DNA of 63,640 nt, filler included, from Pelomyxa schiedti (taxonomy: Eukaryota > Protista > Evosea): the NCBI GenBank assembly GCA_020536535.1. It is 12 parts of 12 records of this genome, joined end to end, with 100 filler letters (N's around TTAATTAATTAA, not from the genome) between each part and the next. Parts side by side here need not be neighbours in the genome. Positions count along the whole stretch, not along the records: positions 59,348 to 62,443 come from JAHLWZ010001828.1; positions 62,544 to 63,640 come from JAHLWZ010002840.1; 10 more parts are not named here. The stretch is one strand, 5' to 3'. Below the pieces are notes generated by a model. That model did no database searches. It was not told where the DNA came from and worked only from the letters and a program-made list of their open reading frames with translations. Below, piece by piece: positions 59,348-63,640 of the stretch. Each line of letters begins with the position of its first letter. Within the stretch, counting starts at the first letter, position 1. Both the position numbers and the translations under genes were made by a program.

Positions 59348-62300
59348 TTTGTGAAGCTGTTGGAACATCAGGTTTACGTGGAAGGCCTGTGAATGTGGGT
59401 GGTTACAACACAGTATTTTTTCTCAACAAGAACTCAACTCACCCATATTTTCCTGCAATCTCGTGTTTTCCCTCTGTAGCAGGCAGCACTTCTCCCCCAA
59501 TACTTTCAGTTGACTGGTTAAACTGGCAACCTTCTCGTCTGACTGAACAAGAGATGATTTGGCCTCAAAGTGAAAGCGAGTTACTTTTGATAAATTCCCT
59601 TAAAAAGACTGGTTAGGGCAATGAAACAACTTGCATTAACCAGTTACCGGACAAAGAAGAATTTTGCTCTTTCAAGGATCTTACTTCAGCATCAGTTCTC
59701 TTTTGCAAATTTTCCAACTGACCAAGTTTTGCTTCAGCCTCAAGCAAAGATGCTTTGGCCACAGTTTCACTTTGAGTTACTTTTGATAAATTCCCTTAAA
59801 AAGACTGGTTAAGGCAATGAAACAGCTTGCATTAACCAGTTACTGGACAAGGAAGAATTTTGCTCTTTCAGCGATCTCACTTCAGCATCAGTTCTCTTTT
59901 CCAGCTGACCAAGTTTTTCTTCAGCCCCAAGCAAAGACGATTTGGCCTCAGTTTCGATTTTTGACAATTGACCTGTTTGAAAAGACTGAGAGTATTCATA
60001 ACAGAAAGGTGGATTAATTACTGGAAAGACTGGAGACTTGGTCTTGCAATCGCTGCACATCCCTTCCTTTGTCTTTTGTGATTTCTTGCACCACATCCAT
60101 CACTTCCTTGATTTCCGGTGTTGTATCATCAGGTTTGATGCTCACAATGGACTGGGCACAGCCGGTTGGTGTCTCCGCGATTGCTTTTTCAAAGATCGGT
60201 TGAAGTTGAATGAAGGTGTCAAGGAAAGAAAAGCTGCTTGCGTTTCCGTCAGCTGGGCATTTCATGGAAGGGATTTCCATTGGCTTGACACCACCACCGC
60301 CAGACTGTTGTTGGAAAGAAGAACACAATCTCTTGCCCAGAGCAATGCTGTTGGAAAGCACATAAAATTGATTCCTGGACTCTGTCACTGCATCTTGCAA
60401 AACTTTACTCTGTGTGTGAAAAAGAACGTGAAACGCAGAAACAGAGGCAGAAGTGTAAACCTTTGATGTGGCAATTTTCTCGAGATTGACTTGGCAGACC
60501 CTCAGGTTCTCCATGGTGGACTTCACAGATTGTTGAACTCCGGTCTCCATGACGCCGTTGCACTGGTTCACTTGCACTTGCAGCTCCTTCAGTTGCAATT
60601 CGGCATTTGATTTCACCTCGAGCACCTCAGTGCATTGCTTGATGAGTGCGTCGAGTGTTCCTTTCAGTGATGCCCGCAGCCTCTTTTCGGCAACAGGGAG
60701 GTGTTCATGGTTTGTGTGTCCAATGTGATCCCCTGAGAACAGGCATTCTGCACAAATTATTTTTGGGTGGCCTCGTTGTGTTGGTGTTGAGGTTGAGTTG
60801 TTGGGTGTCGGTGGAGGTGGCATGGCTTTCGAAGTTGATGGGTTTGGACCCCAACAGAGAATTGTGAGTGGAATTCGATGCTGCTCACAGAACCTGCTGC
60901 CTGGTTGGGGGAGAACGACACACTCCATTGGTGGAATGAGTGTTGGTGTGAGTGCCTGGTGCATTTTGTCATTGGTGACCGATTGAGGTGGATACTTCGC
61001 AGTCATTACCTCCTTTGAGAGAGCAAATTTGATCTGATTTAATTCTGATGTTGTTGTTCCTGGTGAGGAGAGCTTGACAGTCATTGCAGACAATGCCTGA
61101 ATAAAGCCATGCTTGTTTATCGCGGAGAATAATCCCAAATCGAAACTGTCCTGTGTTCCAGAACATCCCCATTGCTCCGGGTGCAAGATGGTTTTTGGGA
61201 AACTGATTGCGTGAGAGGGTGGCAACACTGGCTCCAAGTGGGCTTGTAATGCCATGTTGGAAAGTTCCTAACGTCACATGTGAATTAATTTGTTGAATCA
61301 GGGATGCACAAACTGTGAGATGGTCCTTGATTTGCTTTTTCACGTTGAGAAGTGCCATTGGGTCTGCCTCAAGCTCACGCAGTATGACTTCGCAGTATCG
61401 CACACTTTCGTCAATGCTTGAAATAAGCCGTTGAAGTTGAGTCTGCTGTTCTCCGACTTCTGCTGCTGCAGAGGGAGCACATTCAGTGATTTTTATTGCT
61501 GCATGTTATCAATAATCAAACACACCTCTTGGAGAGTTCATTTCTCTGAGTTTTCTCTTGAGATCTTCTTCTCTCTCTTGAGAGGACAACCTGAGCAAAG
61601 AAAACTCCCTTTCGACTTGTTCTGACATCAGTTTGATGTGCTTCAGAGGGAAAGAAGTGACAATGAGCTGCAAAGACAATTGTTTTTGCAGAGAGGTACC
61701 GTACCAATTCAGAGTCATCACTGATCGACTTGAGGTGGCCAATTGCTGAATCAAGCCTGCTTTTGCACAGATTCAAAGAGGTGCAAAGTTCGCTCAATTC
61801 CTTCCTGGCTGACTGAATCACATGTTTCACAGTGAAGAATTCGTGACTCTATTTTGGAAGGGTAAGTTTGTGTGTGCCTCAATACTGTTGGTGGGAGTGT
61901 GCCAATGGGAGTAAGTACTCTGTGGAAATTAATTTGACATGATGAGCAAATGAACGAGTCACAGGATGTGCAATATAATTTCGCTTTTCGGCCGTCATGA
62001 ATGCACTTGAATGATCTTTTTTCAGTTGTTTTTTTCTAATTACTGCTCAGTATTGGTGAACTGGAATGCTTCAGAAGTACTCTTTCCGCAGGAGCGTGAT
62101 CAGTGAAGAAGGCTTCATGGAGAAAATCAGAGCAGCTTTTGCACAGGCTTTTATCACACTGGGGGCAAAACACAACAGCCAGGAGTGTGCATCCCTTTTT
62201 AGCTTTTTTTTATGGTCAGCAAATCCCGGAAGTACCCCTTCAATCACACCACAATTCACAGGGGTTGCAACGGTTTCCTGGTTTTCAGAAACAGCAAGTG

Positions 62301-62443
62301 GATCAATTTTGAGCACACTTTCCAGCACCTTCACCAAGTCGCCACTTCTCATCTCACTTTGGTAATCACCCCCACCGCCCAGTGACAACAGTCCTGCTTC
62401 TTCTGGTGACGAATTTTCAACCTCCAACATCCCTGCCAAGCTG
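59348..62443 (-). CDS. Large multi-exon B-box/coiled-coil (TRIM-like) protein, both ends truncated
   Basis: B-box-like KCIHDGRKAKLYCTSC (~61965-62010) and FCEQHRIPLTILC..IICAECLFSGDHIGH, each followed by coiled coils; repeated coiled-coil exons at the 3' end. Confidence 0.75.
59560..60010. repeat. ~196-bp tandem repeat, each unit one exon plus one intron (about 2.3 copies)
   Basis: AATTCCCTTAAAAAGACTGGTTARGGCAATGAAACARCTTGCATTAACCAGTTACYGGACAARGAAGAATTTTGCTCTTTCA occurs at ~59593 and ~59789. Confidence 0.85.
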
Positions 62444-63076
62444 NNNNNNNNNNNNNNNNNNNNNNNNNNNNNNNNNNNNNNNNNNNNTTAATTAATTAAN
62501 NNNNNNNNNNNNNNNNNNNNNNNNNNNNNNNNNNNNNNNNNNNGAATGAAGTCCTCCCATGTGGTTGTTGCAGGTAGGACTTTGGCAACAGTGACCTGGT
62601 GCCCATCAGTATGAAAGATGGCTGCCAGTGTGTCGGGAGTCTTGAAAGCACCCACACATTCTTCACTAATTGTTGGCTTTTTTTTTTTCGTGAGTAATCG
62701 ATTGTTTATTTATTAAGAGTTTCCTTACCACTTGCATTCTTGTATATGTTGTTTTTTTTCTTGTTTCGCTGTTGTTCTTGTTCGCTTTTTTATTTGTTTT
62801 ATAATATATTAACCTCGTGGGACTTACAGCCTATATAAACGCAACACAGGCGGAAAAAACGAAGCCCCAAATAGTGCAATTACTCCCCAGCTCCATCAAC
62901 TTTTTTTTTTTTAGTTAGCAGAAATCGATCACTACCCAACATTAGACACCGAAATCTAAGCCCAATTACAGCCACACCAATTTGGAATTAGTGCCAAAGG
63001 GACGCAACAACCACGATACGGAGTGTTTGGGAAATGATTGAATGATAACACTCATTTGTTGATTATCGTTGGTTCT

Positions 63077-63640
63077 TTAGGGTGTGTTTGGAGGTGGATG
63101 GGCTCTGAGGTGCTGCTCAAGCAATGCGAGAGCTTTGTACCTGATGTGTTGTAAGAATAATTAACCAGAGGAGATTTTAGGGAATGAACCTGTGTGATAT
63201 AGTGTTTTTCACCTCCTTGGGCATCTCTGCGTAAGTCTGGGTGTATCCAGTGGGCTCAAATACAGGGTCCCAGCCAAATTCTGGTGGTCCGCGGGGTGAA
63301 ACAATGGAGCCCTCTGTCCTGCCAACAAAGAGAAGTGGCTCTGATCCTGGGCCAGCACTGTAACCGAATGTACACAGTGCAAACGCAGATTTATCCGTGT
63401 ATCTGGGTATTCAATGAGAGGAGAATTACGCTATTTATTGGATCATTCAGTATTAAAAACATAATATTAATATTAGAGATTATTAGCGAATACAACAACG
63501 CAATCATTCTATTTCTTAGAATTGTGTAACATGGGTCTTTTTGTGCATAATATAGAAGACGGCGCCAATTGACATACCCCGCTAACATCTTATACAATCC
63601 AGCACAGCCGATTTTGACCAAGAACCACTTGATGTAAGGA
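63077..63640 (-). CDS. ITPA: Inosine triphosphate pyrophosphatase (Ham1/ITPA), 3' part (multi-exon)
   Basis: Spliced: [21 protein letters not shown] | [62 protein letters not shown] | YKALALL. PYIKWF, FGWDP and SHR are Ham1 signatures. Confidence 0.95.

Noticed and set aside
59560-60010. Regularly spaced repeats resembling a CRISPR array
   Set aside because: The whole ~196-bp unit is homologous (no unique spacers), it corresponds to exon+intron, and there are no cas genes in this eukaryotic context.
2577-62543. TTAATTAATTAA palindromes recurring 11 times
   Set aside because: Always centred in a fixed 100-bp N spacer. It is an artificial six-frame-stop linker, so gene neighbourhoods across it are meaningless.
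63077-63640. A link between ITPA (inosine nucleotide sanitising) and the G34 tRNA-Arg
   Set aside because: Different contigs; ITPA is a universal housekeeping enzyme unrelated to tRNA wobble editing.

Overview
This window is not one locus. It is 12 unrelated contigs/scaffolds joined by artificial 100-bp N-TTAATTAATTAA-N linkers (2577, 12902, 14355, 15526, 27270, 44212, 50298, 51596, 53821, 59248, 62444), with five further 100-N scaffold gaps. The DNA is from a compact, intron-rich eukaryote (mostly ~45-150 nt GT-AG introns, low-complexity Ser/Thr/Gly N-termini). The gene families suggest an amoebozoan, probably an archamoeba such as Pelomyxa; that is inference, not verified. Because of the introns the ORF track fragments most genes, so I spliced them by eye and exon edges are approximate. 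Housekeeping genes recognised: PEX5, API5, NUDT5-like Nudix, TatD, TBCA, ITPA, a PIG-O/G-like GPI transferase (partly duplicated), an isochorismatase, an alpha-kinase, a MORN protein and a FAAL/DIP2-like adenylation enzyme. There are six tRNAs. Ubiquitin/signalling-type architectures are frequent: a TRIM with a Gly-rich tail, two RING-TRAF-zf genes with an unassigned C-terminal domain, an ankyrin-SAM-U-box protein, a WD40-ADP-ribosyltransferase, a non-RD kinase with a degenerate SH2, and an HxRCGxxSPA family. The most unusual signals are (1) an intact tRNA-Arg with anticodon GCG, alongside tRNA-Arg(TCG), an archaeal-style way to decode CGN where eukaryotes normally use ACG/ICG; (2) two introns with minor-spliceosome (U12)-like signals; and (3) the set of unusual E3 ligase/ART domain fusions.
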